From positions 17,298,001 through 17,362,000 of the forward strand of contig OX597835.1 in the NCBI GenBank assembly GCA_951406725.2: a DNA stretch of 64,000 nucleotides. The letters are read 5' to 3'. This stretch comes from Octopus vulgaris (lineage: Eukaryota). The notes under the pieces are model-generated. The model was not told the DNA's origin, did not search any database, and saw nothing but the letters and a program-made list of their open reading frames with translations. Of this stretch, positions 44,660-60,399 are shown piece by piece (position 1 is the stretch's first letter; each line of letters opens with the position of its first letter). The position numbers and the translations under genes were made by a program.

Positions 44660-45740
44660 TTCGAGGAATTGGAGAGGAAGGTGGGTGAAGGGAGAAAGAG
44701 AGGGATAAGAGGAGGAGAGAGAGAGTCTGTGTGAAGAAAGAATATAAAGGGGTAAAGGGGAGATGGAGAGGGAGGAGAAAGAAAGAGGATAAGGAACGAA
44801 AAGAGAAAGTGGAGAGAAAGAGAGGAGGGGGCAAATAGAAGAAAGAAGAGAGAGAGAGAAAGTGGAGGGGAAGGAAAAAGAAGAGAGAGCGAAAGGAAAT
44901 GAAAGAGTGAACATGTGAGATTGAAAGTGATAGGAAGAGAGTGAGAGAGTGAGAGAGAGAGTGAGAGAGAGGAAGATAGAGGGAGAGTGAGAATGAATGA
45001 GAGGATGATAGATAGAGATAGTGAGAAAAAGAGAGGTGAAGAGAGAGAAGGTGTACGTGAAGAAAAAGAAGAGAAAGAAGGGGGAAGAAAGTTAAGAAAG
45101 AGAAAAGAGAGAGAAAGAAAAAGGTAAGAGAAAGAGGGAGACAAGAAAGGGAAAGAGAGAGAAAGAGAAAGGAATGAGAAAGGAAAAAGATGATAGAGAA
45201 ATGAAGAGGAAAGGAAAGGGAGAGAAGGAGAGAGAGAAGAGAGGGAAAGGGAGAGAAAAGTAGAGAGAGACAGAGAAAGGAATGAGAAAGGAAAATGATG
45301 ATAGAGAGAGAGAGAGAGAGAGGAAAGGAAAGGGAGAGAAAGAGAGAAAGGAGAGAGGAGAGAGAGAGAAAAGAAGAGAGAGACAGAGAAAGGAAAAAGA
45401 TGAGAGAGAGGAAAGGAAAGGGAGAGGAAGAGAGAAAGGAGAGAGGGAAAGAGAGAGAAAAGTAGAGAGACAGAAAAGAATGAGAAAGGGAAAAGATGAT
45501 GGAGAGAGAGAGAGAGAGAGAGGAAAGGAAAGGGAGAGAAAGAGAGAAAGGAGAGAGGGAAAGAGAGAGAAAAGAAGAGAGAGAGACAGAGAAAGGAAAA
45601 GATGAGAGAGAGGAAAGGAAAGGGAGAGGAAGAGAGAGAGAACCAGAGAGAGGGAAAGAGAGAGAGAGAGGGAGAACCAGAGAGAGAGAGAGAGAGAGGG
45701 AAAGAGAGAGAACGAGAGAGAAATTGGAGAGAGATGAAAA
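44660..45740. repeat. ~1.1-kb polypurine (GA-rich) tract with degenerate higher-order repeats
   Basis: Recurring gacagagaaagga...aaaagatga...gaggaaaggaaagggagag units. Confidence 0.92.
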
Positions 45741-46386
45741 TAAGGAAACATGCTTCAATGTAAACGTATGTCTATCTTTAAACTTTGTATTAGTCTTCCA
45801 TTAGACCTTGCGGACGTAAGTATATAGTCGTGCCTGCCTTTGTATACGCACGCCTCTACTTGTGTGTATGTGTGGTCGTACCTATATATATGTGTACGTG
45901 TGCGTGTGTGCAGATGTGTGTGTGTGTGTGTGTGTGTGTGTGTCTGTATGTGTGTGTTTCCAAGAAGCACCGTTATCTGATCTTTCCAAGAATGCAGGTT
46001 ATTCAGTTCATTGTTGCTAATGATAGCCTCAGGTTATATAGACTTATTCAAGTTACAGAGACCTATTGAATAGCTTAACTATAACACTAACCTTAACACT
46101 AACCCTTCTTCTTGTGGCAATATTTCTTTCAAACTTTATTAAAAGATTTTTCATTATATATATATATGTAAATATATCTACAGCATTCATTCCAAATATA
46201 AAAACACAGAAACAAGCACACACACACATATCAAAAGGTTCAACTTTACGCGCGCGCGTTCACACACACACTCACATAAACACTCACATACAAACACACA
46301 CACGCGACACGCATACACGCACACACATATATCTACACATATGCATATATGCAGATGCCCAAAGACCTCTATTACTATATAGGATA

Positions 46387-46449
<63 letters not shown>

Positions 46450-46595
46450 GTGTATATGAATATATATATATATATGCATATATGTATGTCTCTATATCTA
46501 TATATCTCTTTCTCTCTCTCTCTTATATATATATATACACACACACTCACAGAAGTTTATATATATTCACATAATACATACATGTTTGTATGTAA

Positions 46596-46645
<50 letters not shown>

Positions 46646-46914
46646 GCATATACATACATTTACAAAGATATGCATTATATGTATCTGTATTTATATACAT
46701 ATATGCATGTAAACTTTTCTAGCTATTTATATGCATACACAATTAAACCCAACGACAGATGTAAATATATATATATATCCTTACATATGTAGTACATATA
46801 TTGTGCGAATGTGCCTCGTGTTATATTAACGTGTATATATATATATATATATATATATGCACGTCTATCTACCCATAAGCAGGGCACACAAATATATACA
46901 AAAGCACAAACACA

Positions 46915-47050
46915 TGTTTTCGGCGATTTTCTGAAGAGTCCCCGTCTACTACATCCCTCTTACAATATATTTGGTAACTTAGGGCAAGACTAGAAAACAA
47001 TTAACTGTTGTGATGCTCAGTGGGAATGAACTTAGAAACCACAGACTCGC
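46915..47050 (-). mobile_element. SINE family A, old 5' fragment
   Basis: ccgtctactacatccctcttacaa...ctagaaaaca...cagtgggaatgaacttagaaaccac. Confidence 0.5.
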
Positions 47051-47605
47051 CAGGACTCATATATTGAATATTTATTAAAACAACCCCACCTTTTCACTCT
47101 TCAAGCAAGCATACACACGCACAGGTACGCTCACACACACAAACAGACAGACACACATACATACATGTATGTATGTGTTTGAAAGTTTTGGTTTGCTACG
47201 GGGTATGTATAAAGAAATAATGAAATACTTCGATTAATGCAGCTCTTTGTAATATTAACAGGCAGTTCTACGTCTTTATATTTCGAAGATGAATTAATTA
47301 CTGGAGGTTATTGAGTTTATTCACCAACTCGATTTAAACCGAAACCCACTCCAGTCTATGATCTCGTATGGCCCAAAATTTCAATCATTTGATCTTATTA
47401 GAATTACTTTTTCTCTTTGTTCTTCCTATCTTGTATTTTTTTCTCGCGATGAATTGTTTTTCAGTATATCAGTGTAGTTAAAGAGCTCCCGTAGTTCCAG
47501 CTTATGACCCAGCTCGCGGCATCTTGGGCCAGTATCTTCATCAATGCGTTGAGTGAATTTAGTATACAAAACTCGTCGTATGTATATATAATTATATATC
47601 TGTAT

Positions 47606-47739
<134 letters not shown>

Positions 47740-48093
47740 GGAATCGTACGTACTGTTACTGTTTACCTCTTGTTTCTTTCTCAGTCGAAAAACATCTGTT
47801 GTTATATTCTTGCTTGTATTTGTAATTGTGTACCATATTCTCCGTTTTTTGTCTTTCTTGCTGTACACATTCGCTAGCTTTCTTAGACTTTTTGAGGGGC
47901 AACCAGATTGAATTGTCTCAAGTGTATCTGTCCGAAACAGTATGAACTACTGGTAACTGTCCTTCTAATTGTTGCTTCTCCTGTCCGCCTTTGTGTCCTC
48001 AATCTGTCCGAATGTTTTATTGTAACATATATAACGTTACATTTATGTATTCGTTTTGCAAGGTTCCTGATATGAATTCGTGTGTTGAAACAA

Positions 48094-48480
48094 ATATTCT
48101 TATATTTTTGGGACGGTAATTTTTTTATTTGCCAAATAAACACACGCACTGTATATTATTTTCTCACTTCAAGTTTATTATTGTTTTTATTTAATGTCCT
48201 TTGTCCGGAAATCCTGTCAATTCTTCCCCAACTCTCCATCACACGTGTCTTCTCCTGTATTATTTATTCCATTTAGCTCATTCAGAAAAGACAGAATGGA
48301 CTAAACAGGAGACACGTGGGATGGACGACCGTTGAAGAGGCCACAAGATGAACAACGAAAGATTTCCAGACAAACGACTTAAAATAAGAACAATAAGAAA
48401 TCTGAAATAAGGAAGGAATATACAGCGCGTGTATTTATTTGGCAAAAAAAATGGCCATCCCGAAATATAGCAATATATTA
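48094..48480. repeat. Inverted pair of ~180-bp diverged repeats
   Basis: tttgccaaataaacacacgcactgtatatt...tttgtccggaaatc...acacgtgtct matches the reverse complement of 48295-48480; spacer ~20 bp. Confidence 0.85.
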
Positions 48481-49089
48481 CGTTCCACAATGCAAAGCAG
48501 CATCTGGAGTCTGTGAATAAGAATTCACACGATCATGAAATTTTAATTTCAAATTAAAATGCTAATTTTAGTTGTTCAGTTGAAATCTTATATTTAGTGT
48601 TTCTCAGCATAGAAGTGTAATCTTGTTGCCAGTGTTGGTTCTGTGCTTTTTAAGTATCTTCTATTTCTTATTTGTTTCTCTATCATTTCTGGGTATCAGA
48701 TGACATTGGTATGAAAACGTTTTTACCTTAGGCCCTTCATCATTTTAAATACTAAAAGAATATATAAGGGGATCACATAGATCTGTTTATCTGTGGTAAT
48801 GTTGATGAAATAACTCCTTTGAATTATATCAAGGTTTATCGCCACAACAATACGGCCCTTTCCGTAGGAGTCGATTTTGCTACCGGTAGTAACGTCGATT
48901 CATACGGACCAGACATGTTGAAATGGCGGTAAACATTACTACTCAGTATAGCTACTAATTTCATATGTTATAGAGACTGTCTAACTAGCTACTCTGCTTA
49001 TATCAGGGTTCCAACTCTGTTCGTCCTCTAGCTATGTTTTCTCTGGTCTACAATAGAGCAAACAGAGAGAGACTATGTAGTTGTTTCAT

Positions 49090-49500
49090 TCTAAGACTTC
49101 ACATATCCTTCAAGCCGGATCCTTCTTGTATTTTTCTCAAAACAGTACTTTAGCTACATTCAATTCCATTCAACGTCGGCCCAGATTAACTAACAATGAA
49201 ACACCTATCACTCGCTCCGCTCAAGTAACACTGCAGGCGATCACTACTGGTGTTGACTGGCAGCCATTAAAAACTGAACTTTCACTGCATTGATTTCACT
49301 AGAAGGGGAGGGGCTGTGAGTAGAATTATTACCCCGCCAACGAAAGACATTGCCATTACGTTCTATCCTCCATTGCTATCAAACACTGAGAGAAACCTTT
49401 TTATAAACATGCCTCTGACAACACGTATCAATCTTCAAATTCATAAACACTATGTAAGAAGCTATTCATACATTCTATTGTTCTACAGTTTTCTTTCGAA
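49090..49500 (+). mobile_element. Possible highly decayed CR1/Jockey-group LINE 3' fragment
   Basis: TSHIL..STLATFNSIQRRPRLTNNETPI and SRIITPP weakly resemble the post-RT region (SHIW..LDxIQRRAxRLI..IIPP). Confidence 0.4.
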
Positions 49501-49563
49501 TGCCGAGCTGCATGCCAATATATATACACATACATACATACATGCATACATACATACATGCAT

Positions 49564-49597
<34 letters not shown>

Positions 49598-50353
49598 TTA
49601 TATATATAAAATTATATATATATATATATATACATACATACATATATATATATATATCTGTGTATATGTATGCATAAACATACGTATATACGTGTACAAG
49701 TATACATATATGCATGTGTGAAAGTGTATATATATATATATATATATATGCATATATATATATATATTTATGTATGCATGTATATATATATATGCATATA
49801 TATATATTTATGTATGCATGTATATATATATATATATGTATGCACGTACACACACATGCGCGCGCATACATATATTCACTTCTCTTTTTATTCTTCTTAT
49901 GACGCTAACTTTCTTCTTTTCTTTCTTTTTACAATCTTCAACTGAGAGAAAGAGCCAAAAAATAAAATAAAAAATATACAACAAAACAAAACAAGTAAAC
50001 AAACAGACCAACCCCCCACCCACCAAAAAATAATCAATAAATTCTCAAGCAACAAAACGAAAGTGTAACACATGAAGTGGTTTATGAATAGACGAAAACA
50101 ATGGACAGACGTGTTCAAAGAAGGAAAATAGAGGAAAGAAAAAAAGAAAAATACTATATCAAATAAGAATAAAAAAATAAAAGTGGAGGAGGAGAAGGAA
50201 AATGAGACAAGAACAAAACAAAACAAACAAACTGTGAAAGAACTAACAAAAAAACAAAAGAATTGGTAAGAGCAATGGCTATTGCAATATGAATGAGGAC
50301 GAATCTTAGCTGATGGCCATCGTCGTCAAAATTGAAGAAATCAATGGAAAAGA

Positions 50354-50414
50354 TTATGTTGAGTATGTGTCAATAAGATTGGAGTACATATTGAGTACAC
50401 CTGAATCTGTGTTA
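50354..50414 (-). CDS. Candidate terminal coding exon (x-NTDSGVLNMYSNLIDTYST*) of an unidentified gene
   Basis: Long U-rich tract ending ttttgcttctttttag|TAAC; phase-2 frame open for 19 codons to TAA; U-rich UTR-like sequence downstream. No homology evidence. Confidence 0.25.
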
Positions 50415-50678
50415 CTAAAAAGAAGCAAAAAATAAAAAAAATAAATAAAAATAAAAAGTTGAATGTAAAATGTAGCAAAAAAAATCTGGCAAATAGAACG
50501 AGTGAATGTATGCAAAGACGACACACGGACAATGGAAGAGTTGTATGTGTTTGAATGTTAAAAAAAAAATATCAGAAACCGAAAAAAAAAAAAATCTAAA
50601 GAGAAATCTATATAACAGGTTGTTTTAAATGTAGAGAATGGTTGAGTTGAAAGGTCATTTGATGGTGATGTCTGTGTG

Positions 50679-50715
50679 TCAAACATCGCTAGATATAACA
50701 TGGTGCGGATTGTTA
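50679..50715 (-). CDS. Candidate terminal coding exon (x-NNPHHVISSDV*)
   Basis: Strong acceptor tctcttcctttttgtcgctgtcgtttctacag|TAAC; phase-2 frame ends in S-D-V-stop. Confidence 0.35.
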
Positions 50716-51101
50716 CTGTAGAAACGACAGCGACAAAAAGGAAGAGACACAACATAAATGCCAACAACAGCAACAACAGCAGCAGCAGCAATAATGACAA
50801 CTTAGGTACAGTTTGGCGTGAAAAAAGATAATTCTTTTTTTCCTCCCCATGTTGAGATTTAAATGTCGGAGGAGCGCAAACAGTGAAGCGCAAACAACGC
50901 ACCGACGTACATACATACCTATACACAAATAACTACACACACAAGCATACATACTCACAGATGGACTTACCAACACATACAAACATATATATATATATAT
51001 AAGTATAGTAGCAAAAAAGGGAGGAAGACTTTTAAGATATTTTTTATATGTTTTATAAGTGAAATAGTATTGTCGACCGGTTTCCCTTTCGCTAATCATG
51101 T

Positions 51102-51159
<58 letters not shown>

Positions 51160-51384
51160 GCGGTGGGTTTTGATAAGCAGCGTCGTCTTTTACAATTCTG
51201 TAAATAATAATAATAATAGTATCTTTTAAGCTGGAAGCTTATAAACGATCACCGTGAAAGGTGTGGGTTCGAGGCCCACGCGTACGGGAAAAACCTTCTT
51301 TTCCGTCGAGGGATTATGTGCTCCATTATTAAACTAGTATCTTTAGTCATTGCACGGAGATCACTTATAAGCTTCAGTCTAGGA

Positions 51385-51884
51385 CGAATGCTGCCGTTGA
51401 TTAGATCCAATAGGACTTCGCCTCTAGCTAGCTATGTGACACGCGAACCTGTGTCCATTATTACCTTCGAACAGGGGAGGTCAGCAGCTTCTCCTTGCTG
51501 GTCTGGCATCTACAGACATATTTCAGGGTATTTGCCCTTTATCAATACAGAGTAACCGAACCCAGCAGGTGTCGATCCTAACCGTCTCTTCGAAGGATTA
51601 GTTACCTAAATTCAGTGGAATACATCCAATGGTTTTCAAAAATAGAAATATTTATATTTCTCAATCTCTCTAAAGGAGAATGCTGCCGCTGATTAACTCC
51701 GAGAGGCAATCGCTACTCTACATTGATAAAGAGCAAATACCCCGAAACTAGTCTGTAGATGCCAGACCAGCAAGGGGAAACTGCTGACCCCACCCCATTC
51801 GAAGATTATGATAGACACAGTTTCCTGTGTCACATAGCTAGCTAGAGACGATGGCCTCTTGGAGCTAATCAACGGCAGAATTCG
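51385..51884. repeat. Inverted pair of ~170-bp repeats plus a third 30-bp stub
   Basis: 51385-51554 matches the reverse complement of 51714-51884 (ctctagctagctatgtgacac, ccttgctggtctggcatctacagac); stub gaatgctgccgctgattaactcc at 51678-51707. Confidence 0.92.
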
Positions 51885-51925
51885 AACTATTTTCCTGGAC
51901 TGCCGTGTTAGCTTGGCGATAACTA

Positions 51926-51972
<47 letters not shown>

Positions 51973-52357
51973 ATATCAATAATACAGTGATTGTTTCTTG
52001 TCAGGAACAAAAAGATTAATAGGACTACTATAGAAGTGCTCTATTTAGAGGGACAAATATATCAAACTAAAGTTATTGAACAAACAAATGCAAGGTCATC
52101 CGCATAACATTTCATAATTCGAACATTTAATCATAGAATATACATATAAACATCCCACAAGATGGAACATAATTCATCTGTACAAGCATACAAGCATATA
52201 ATAATAATAATGATAAGGTGCGAGAAAAAAAAATTCATCACAGTTTAGAGTTAATACTTTAGCGATTCAGAAAAATACATTTTTTTAAGAAAACATTACA
52301 ACACCTAGAAAGTAAAAATATAATATAAAGTAATATAGAAAAATATATAGGTATATA

Positions 52358-53361
<1,004 letters not shown>

Positions 53362-53671
53362 TATATATATTGAGAATATATACTATAAGAATATTGCGTT
53401 GGAAATAAACCCAAACATGCTGACACAATCAATTTGTCCGAAGAGAAACAACTTGAAAGTATAGAAATTTTGTAGTTGGAACCTATACTATATCAAGGAG
53501 ATGGTAAAAATATCCAATACACAAAAACGAGGAAAAGAGAAAATAAATAGAATTAAATATCAAAAAATATGATATTAAAATTCTTATAGTATATATAGGT
53601 TATAAACAACTTCTCTATCCTTCTTATCTTCATCTATCTTATCTCTGTTTCTCTATCTCACTCTATTTATA

Positions 53672-53730
<59 letters not shown>

Positions 53731-53876
53731 CTATGTGTGTGTATATATGGTATATATATATATATATATATATATATCTATGTATATATATATGTATACT
53801 TATATATATATGTGTATATGTAGTTTATATATAAATATATATACATATGTATATGTATAATATATATATATTTACA

Positions 53877-54165
<289 letters not shown>

Positions 54166-54241
54166 GATAGATATGTATGTATGTATGTTATTTGTATATG
54201 ATAATGATCTCGAAAAGAAATTTCCATGATAAAATGCCAAA

Positions 54242-54268
54242 TCAAACATCAGAATGGTGAGCGCGGGT
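54242..54268 (-). CDS. Duplicate copy of candidate terminal exon TRAHHSDV*
   Basis: Identical to 55432-55458; lies in the suspected false duplication. Confidence 0.15.
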   Translation of the reverse strand, partial: TRAHHSDV

Positions 54269-54337
54269 CTGAACAAGTACAAATGCAGTGATAGTAACAA
54301 CAACAACAACAACAATCATAATACTAGTAATAATGAT

Positions 54338-54386
<49 letters not shown>

Positions 54387-54896
54387 AGCATATAATAAAA
54401 TATATAATGTATATCATGTAAATAATAATAAAAGTTCAACGTTTAGAAATCATATAAAATTATTATTCAAGTAAGAGAAGCCTTATATAGGTGTATATAT
54501 ATATATATATATATATATACATTTACACAAACACACACACACACACACATATATATATGGGGTGAGAATGTGTTGACTACAAGGAATATTGGCGTTGGAA
54601 ATAAAACGCCAAACATGCTGACACCAATCAATTTGTCCCGAAGAGAAACAACTTGAAAGTCTGAGAAATTTTGTAGTTGGAACCTCTACTATTCCAAGGA
54701 GATGGTAAAAACATCCAATACACAAAAACGAGGAAAAGAGAAAACAAATGCAAAAGAATTAAAATATCAAAAAATTTGATAATTAAAATTCTTATAGTTT
54801 ACAATCCAGGTTACTAAACAACTTCTCTCTCCTTCTTATCTTCATCTCTCTTCTTATCTCTGTTTCTCTCACTCTCACTCTCTTTTTCTCTCTCTC

Positions 54897-54940
<44 letters not shown>

Positions 54941-55136
54941 TATGTCTCTATGTGTGTGTGTGTATAGGTATACATATATATATATATATATATATCTATG
55001 TATATATATATGTATACTTATATATATATGTGTGCGTGCGTACGTTTATATATAAACATATATACATATGTATATGTTTACATACATATATTTGTGTGTG
55101 TACGTGCTTGTGTATTTGTGTGTATGTGCCTGTGTT

Positions 55137-55260
<124 letters not shown>

Positions 55261-55288
55261 TTATATATATATATATTGTATATATATT

Positions 55289-55355
<67 letters not shown>

Positions 55356-55431
55356 GATAGATATGTATGTATGTATGTTATTTGTATATGATAATGATCT
55401 CGAAAAGAAATTTCCATGATAAAATGCCAAA

Positions 55432-55458
55432 TCAAACATCAGAATGGTGAGCGCGGGT
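55432..55458 (-). CDS. Candidate terminal coding micro-exon (TRAHHSDV*)
   Basis: Acceptor gcatttgtacttgttcag|ACC CGC GCT CAC CAT TCT GAT GTT TGA; GC-richer island among microsatellites. Confidence 0.3.
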   Translation of the reverse strand, partial: TRAHHSDV

Positions 55459-55540
55459 CTGAACAAGTACAAATGCAGTGATAGTAACAACAACAACAAC
55501 AACAATCATAATACTAGTAATAATGATAATAATAATAATG

Positions 55541-55612
<72 letters not shown>

Positions 55613-55859
55613 TCAATGATGTACAAATCGATCAGTAAATGGAGAGATGTAAGTATAATGTCTCTTTTATTTTTTAATTTTATTTCTCTTTATTTATTTG
55701 TTGTTCCAAGACAAATTTGATCGATTTTTGGAATGGTTAAGCTTTCTCTTGGAATATCTGGCAACTTTACAGGGAGGTGGTCATTGATTCCACTGTATCA
55801 TAACTAACACCACCTGCCGTTCTTCCTCATTCTCGTCTTTCGAAATTACTCCCAAACAA

Positions 55860-55894
55860 CTTACCTACCTACCTACCTACCTACCTAACTACAT

Positions 55895-55926
<32 letters not shown>

Positions 55927-56023
55927 TCCGTCTGCCTTTCTGCCGTTCCCTCGTTCTTCGTTTGCTACCTCCTTTGATTTGCATTCTCCACCTCCACCAT
56001 CACTATCGAATTCGTCGTCGTCG

Positions 56024-56069
<46 letters not shown>

Positions 56070-56443
56070 TATCATCATCATTAGCATCATCATCAACATC
56101 ATTATCGTCATCATAACCCTCATCATCCTCGTCACAACCACCTCCATTAATATCATTATAATCATTTGCATTGTTATTTTCTAGCTGATATTCTTCTTCT
56201 TCTTCTTCTTCTACTTCTCCTCCTCCTCCTCCTTCTTCCTCCCCATGCTGCTGCTCCTCCTCCTTCTTCTTCTTCTTCTTCTTCTTCTTCTTCTCTTTCT
56301 ACTCGTCGTCCTCCTTCTCCTTCTCCTTGTTCTTCTTCTACTCCTCCTCTGTCACATCTTCCCCTCATCTTCTTTCCGTCTTGGATTTAGAATATTTAAC
56401 TTGTCCTTCTAACTGTTAAAACACAAGAGCATGATCTCAAGAA

Positions 56444-56500
<57 letters not shown>
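55860..56500. repeat. Cluster of (CCTA), (CTTT), (CAT), (CTT/CCT) and (GA) simple repeats
   Basis: Direct inspection. Confidence 0.9.
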
Positions 56501-56501
<1 letters not shown>

Positions 56502-57452
56502 AAACAGAAAGTAGCTGTTATATCTAGCAGGTTGTGAAATGGCTCTCGGTAGGTAGTGACAATTGTTGGGCTTGAAATCACAACGGCTGTAATGCAATGG
56601 CACCGATTGCGAAACTGGTGTAAGCTAACGACAGTGATTATATAGTTCCTGTTACATCGCCATTGATAAATCGATGTACACATCTTTGTACATATCTGAC
56701 ATTTTTTCGAAAACCTGTGTATTCTAACATTTGGTTATAAGTATCAGAACTTGTCCGTAGCAGCAGAGATGGTTGGTAACACAAAATAGTGTTGCATTAG
56801 CCAGATATAGTGGCGATGGTGTCGGTGGTGGTGGTGATGGTGGTGGTGGTGGTGGTGGTATAGGCGGTAGCTGACATAGTTCTGGTGATAGTTGTGGTGG
56901 TTCCTTTTAGTGGTGCTCAACGACGGTAGTGTAGCGGCAACAGAGGTTGTGTAGATGGTGAGGAGGTAGTTGGTAGTTATACAAGTGTAGTGAAGATTCT
57001 GGTGCCACGGAAGGTACAGGGGGTGGTATTGAGATGTTGGGTGGATGTAGTTAGTCGCCAGATCGATGTATGTCGAGGACGAGGGCGTCGATGGGGTGGT
57101 CGGGGTATTGTTGTAAAACTTATATAAGCAAACTGTCTTACACAACACCGCCTCCCTGGCGCGCCAACCTGGCCCGCAACCGTAGACACTACCTAGGTTT
57201 TCTCTCTAGCGGATATCAATGTAATATAACTACACACACATGTATTTATACATATATGCATATATATATATATGTATATTTGTGTGTGTGTAGATGTAAT
57301 ATATGAACATGCAGGCATACACACATATATATGTACATGTATGCATGTATACGTATCTATGTTTAAGGCGATATATAATTTTCTTTACATTTAACCGGCA
57401 GAAACTTACAAAAGTGGCCGGTATGTATATATCTACATATATGTAGGTATAA

Positions 57453-57488
<36 letters not shown>

Positions 57489-57616
57489 GAATGCATTATG
57501 TATGTATAAATGTAGTTGCATGTATGTACATATATGTATATATATGTATACGCATACACGCAAATATGTATACGCACAATCGTGTGCATGTATATCTGTG
57601 TATATGCCTGTATGTA

Positions 57617-57667
<51 letters not shown>

Positions 57668-57763
57668 CGTATGCGTACCTGTGTATCCATACATACAGAT
57701 ATACATATGTATATACACTCATAACTGCATGCATATATACGAATATATATATGTATTTGTGTG

Positions 57764-57834
<71 letters not shown>

Positions 57835-58409
57835 CTATTTACCAGCTACATATATATGATGCCCGTACATACATGAAATACGCATACAACATGAAATACG
57901 CATACAACATAAAACACATGCCTACACTCCTATATAAACCTATGCACATCATGTACACAGCACGATCGCTCAACCTGCTGATTCTGATCAATATTAGTGT
58001 TTGTGCTGTATATGTTAACATAACATCTTACTTACATAATGACGTCAGCCAGAGAATCGTGTAAACGTGTAACCAAATTTTCTGTAGTCGTTGCTATCGT
58101 CGTTGTTGTGGGTTGTGCTACCGCTGTTGCTGCTGTTTTTGATATTGCTGGTGTTTGTTTTGTTGTTTTTTTTCAGCCTAAGTTCAGATCTGATCAAGCT
58201 GACCTAAGCTTAAAACATTTCAATTTTCCTGATACGATCTGTCTCGAGAACCTCATTATCTGATCTGTTGTCTTCGTTTTTGAAGTCTATTGAGTACAAT
58301 TTGGAAGTCACCTGGCTGTTATTTTTATGTATCAATAATTGATGCACGTCGTTCGTTCAAAATTCCCCTGGTTTTCTTACAAAAATATTTTGAACACTGT
58401 CCAACTTCT

Positions 58410-58560
58410 CTGGTGGTTAGTATGTTGCACTCACGATCGCGAGATAGCAGTTTCGATTTCCAGATCTAATAGGCTGTGTTTTCGTGAGCAAAACACTTTG
58501 TTGTACGTTGATCCAGCTAACTCAGCTTTGAATTGGTAACCTTGCGATGCTTTGGTGTAC
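58410..58560 (+). mobile_element. Old tRNA-derived SINE fragment
   Basis: gtggttagtatgttgcactcacgatcgc...gtttcgatttcc...gagcaaaacacttt. Confidence 0.55.
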
Positions 58561-58817
58561 AATGGCGACGCAAGAAAATCACACGAACAGAGGTCTAGCG
58601 AACTAGGTTTCGTATACAGCGATCGAATCGTTGAATAGTACAACCCCCTACTGTGAATTCAAACTGGTAGGATTGGTTGTTCACCCACTTCGAAGGTCAA
58701 CAACAAGGTTACACGCGCTAAGACCCCAGTCATATTTCCTATCTGAAATGTGCCGGACACCGTAGGTAGCGGAGCAGTGAGAGAGCTTTTCATTGGGGTC
58801 GATGGTTCCTGCCCTAA

Positions 58818-59080
58818 GGCAATGCATCAGTGCATAATTCCATCTTGGTAACAAGGTAGATGACAAAGATACACATCAAAATAGTTCCACACACTCCATA
58901 CAGTTACAGAGCTTGCCCTCTGCGACTTTTTATTGTTCTCCAAGCTTCAGGAGAAGATGAAAAATGCTGTAACAAGGTTTCCTAGTCAATTTCCATTTGG
59001 AGGATTTCGGTGGAGTATTCACGGCGTGGCCGGAGCGCTAAAACAAATCCATTGAAATTATTGGATTCTATTTCGAAGAT
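58818..59080 (+). mobile_element. Decayed mariner transposase C-terminal fragment
   Basis: GNASVHNSILVTR*MTKIHIKIVPHTPYS/ELALCDFLLFSKL...WPER*NKSIEIIGFYFE matches mariner DNAPxH...HPPYSPDLAPCDFxLF...W.ER..KCI...GxYFE. Confidence 0.85.
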
Positions 59081-59276
59081 TTTATGTCTAGAATGTAGCT
59101 TGTATATATATATGCGTGTATGTATATTATTCTATACAGGTATCGGAGTTTGTATATTTGTTTTCACGAGTATATAAGAAGTTGGGCATGTAGGCAAGTA
59201 TGTATGTATGTATATAGGTGGGTAAGCATATAGTCCTGTAGAGATATATGCATAGACACACACTCACTCACGCACA

Positions 59277-59330
<54 letters not shown>

Positions 59331-59682
59331 CACCTGTCAATCTTAAGTTTGCAATATTTATCTACCTATCTCTTTCTCTCTCTTCTATCCCTCGTATGCC
59401 TCCCTGTTTCTGTGTTTGTCTTTCTATCTTTGTCCCTCCTCTTCTCTCCCTTTCTTCCCTCTCTCTCTCACACATTCTCTCTCTTTCTCATCTTTTCTCC
59501 CTGTCTGTCTCTCTCCCTGTACGTATACAGCAGCACACACGTGCCTGCGCATGTGTTTTTATGTAGATACCTAATGCTGTGTATATGTATACACATTCAT
59601 GTATATATAAACAATTTGTATGCATATATATATATAAGTATATGTGTGTGTTTGAGTGTATGTGTATATACATACATACATA

Positions 59683-59807
<125 letters not shown>

Positions 59808-59862
59808 GCATATATATGTGTGTATATGCATACATGTATGCATATACAAGCGGGAAACATAA

Positions 59863-59897
<35 letters not shown>

Positions 59898-60399
59898 CAC
59901 ACACACACACGTCTATGCTGGTATGTGTATAGATATTGATGTCGCGGTTCAATAATTATTGGTCTGTTCTTCGGAACCAAACTCTTCTAGCATGGAAATC
60001 ATCGATCGATTACTTTGATCGATATTTCATTTGGACAGGAAGAAGTTTGCCGGAGTTATAGTTGTTCGCCAAGTTCACGTGGTTTATTGTTGTTCTGGCC
60101 CCAGGTCAGCTTTGTTCAAGAACACCCATGATAAAAGACGTTTCTGATGTGACCATCTTGTATTTTGTGTCTAGGAACTTATCCAATACGTTCTGTTTGT
60201 TTTATTTTGTGTGTTTGGGGTTTTGTTAAATCGTTAAAATGTTGATTTGAGGTATATGGAGTAGCTATGTCTAGTAAGTCTAAATCTCCGCATTGGCTAG
60301 TGTTAATGGAGGTGATTCTTCCCACTGCAACCACCTGGTTTGAGGGTATATCGTATATCGTTAATGACGCCATTTTTTTTTTGAAAAGGAAACTGAGCG

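Noticed and set aside
44488-45804. 218-381 aa S/L/F- or E/R/K-rich ORFs
   Set aside because: Translations of the GA-rich tract.
46075-46106. Telomere-like taaccc repeats
   Set aside because: Only a few degenerate units; not an interstitial telomere array.
51235-51292. tRNA gene (gtgggttcgaggcccac T-arm)
   Set aside because: Only a T-arm/B-box-like hairpin; no D arm, anticodon arm or acceptor stem could be built.
55772-55820. Minus-strand frame GGVSYDTVESMTTSL* as another PDZ-tail exon
   Set aside because: The upstream AG is preceded by purine-rich sequence with no polypyrimidine tract; likely chance.
56744-57189. GC-richer ORFs with a poly-His run
   Set aside because: Derived from degenerate (GGT)n low-complexity sequence; no recognisable protein or convincing splice sites.
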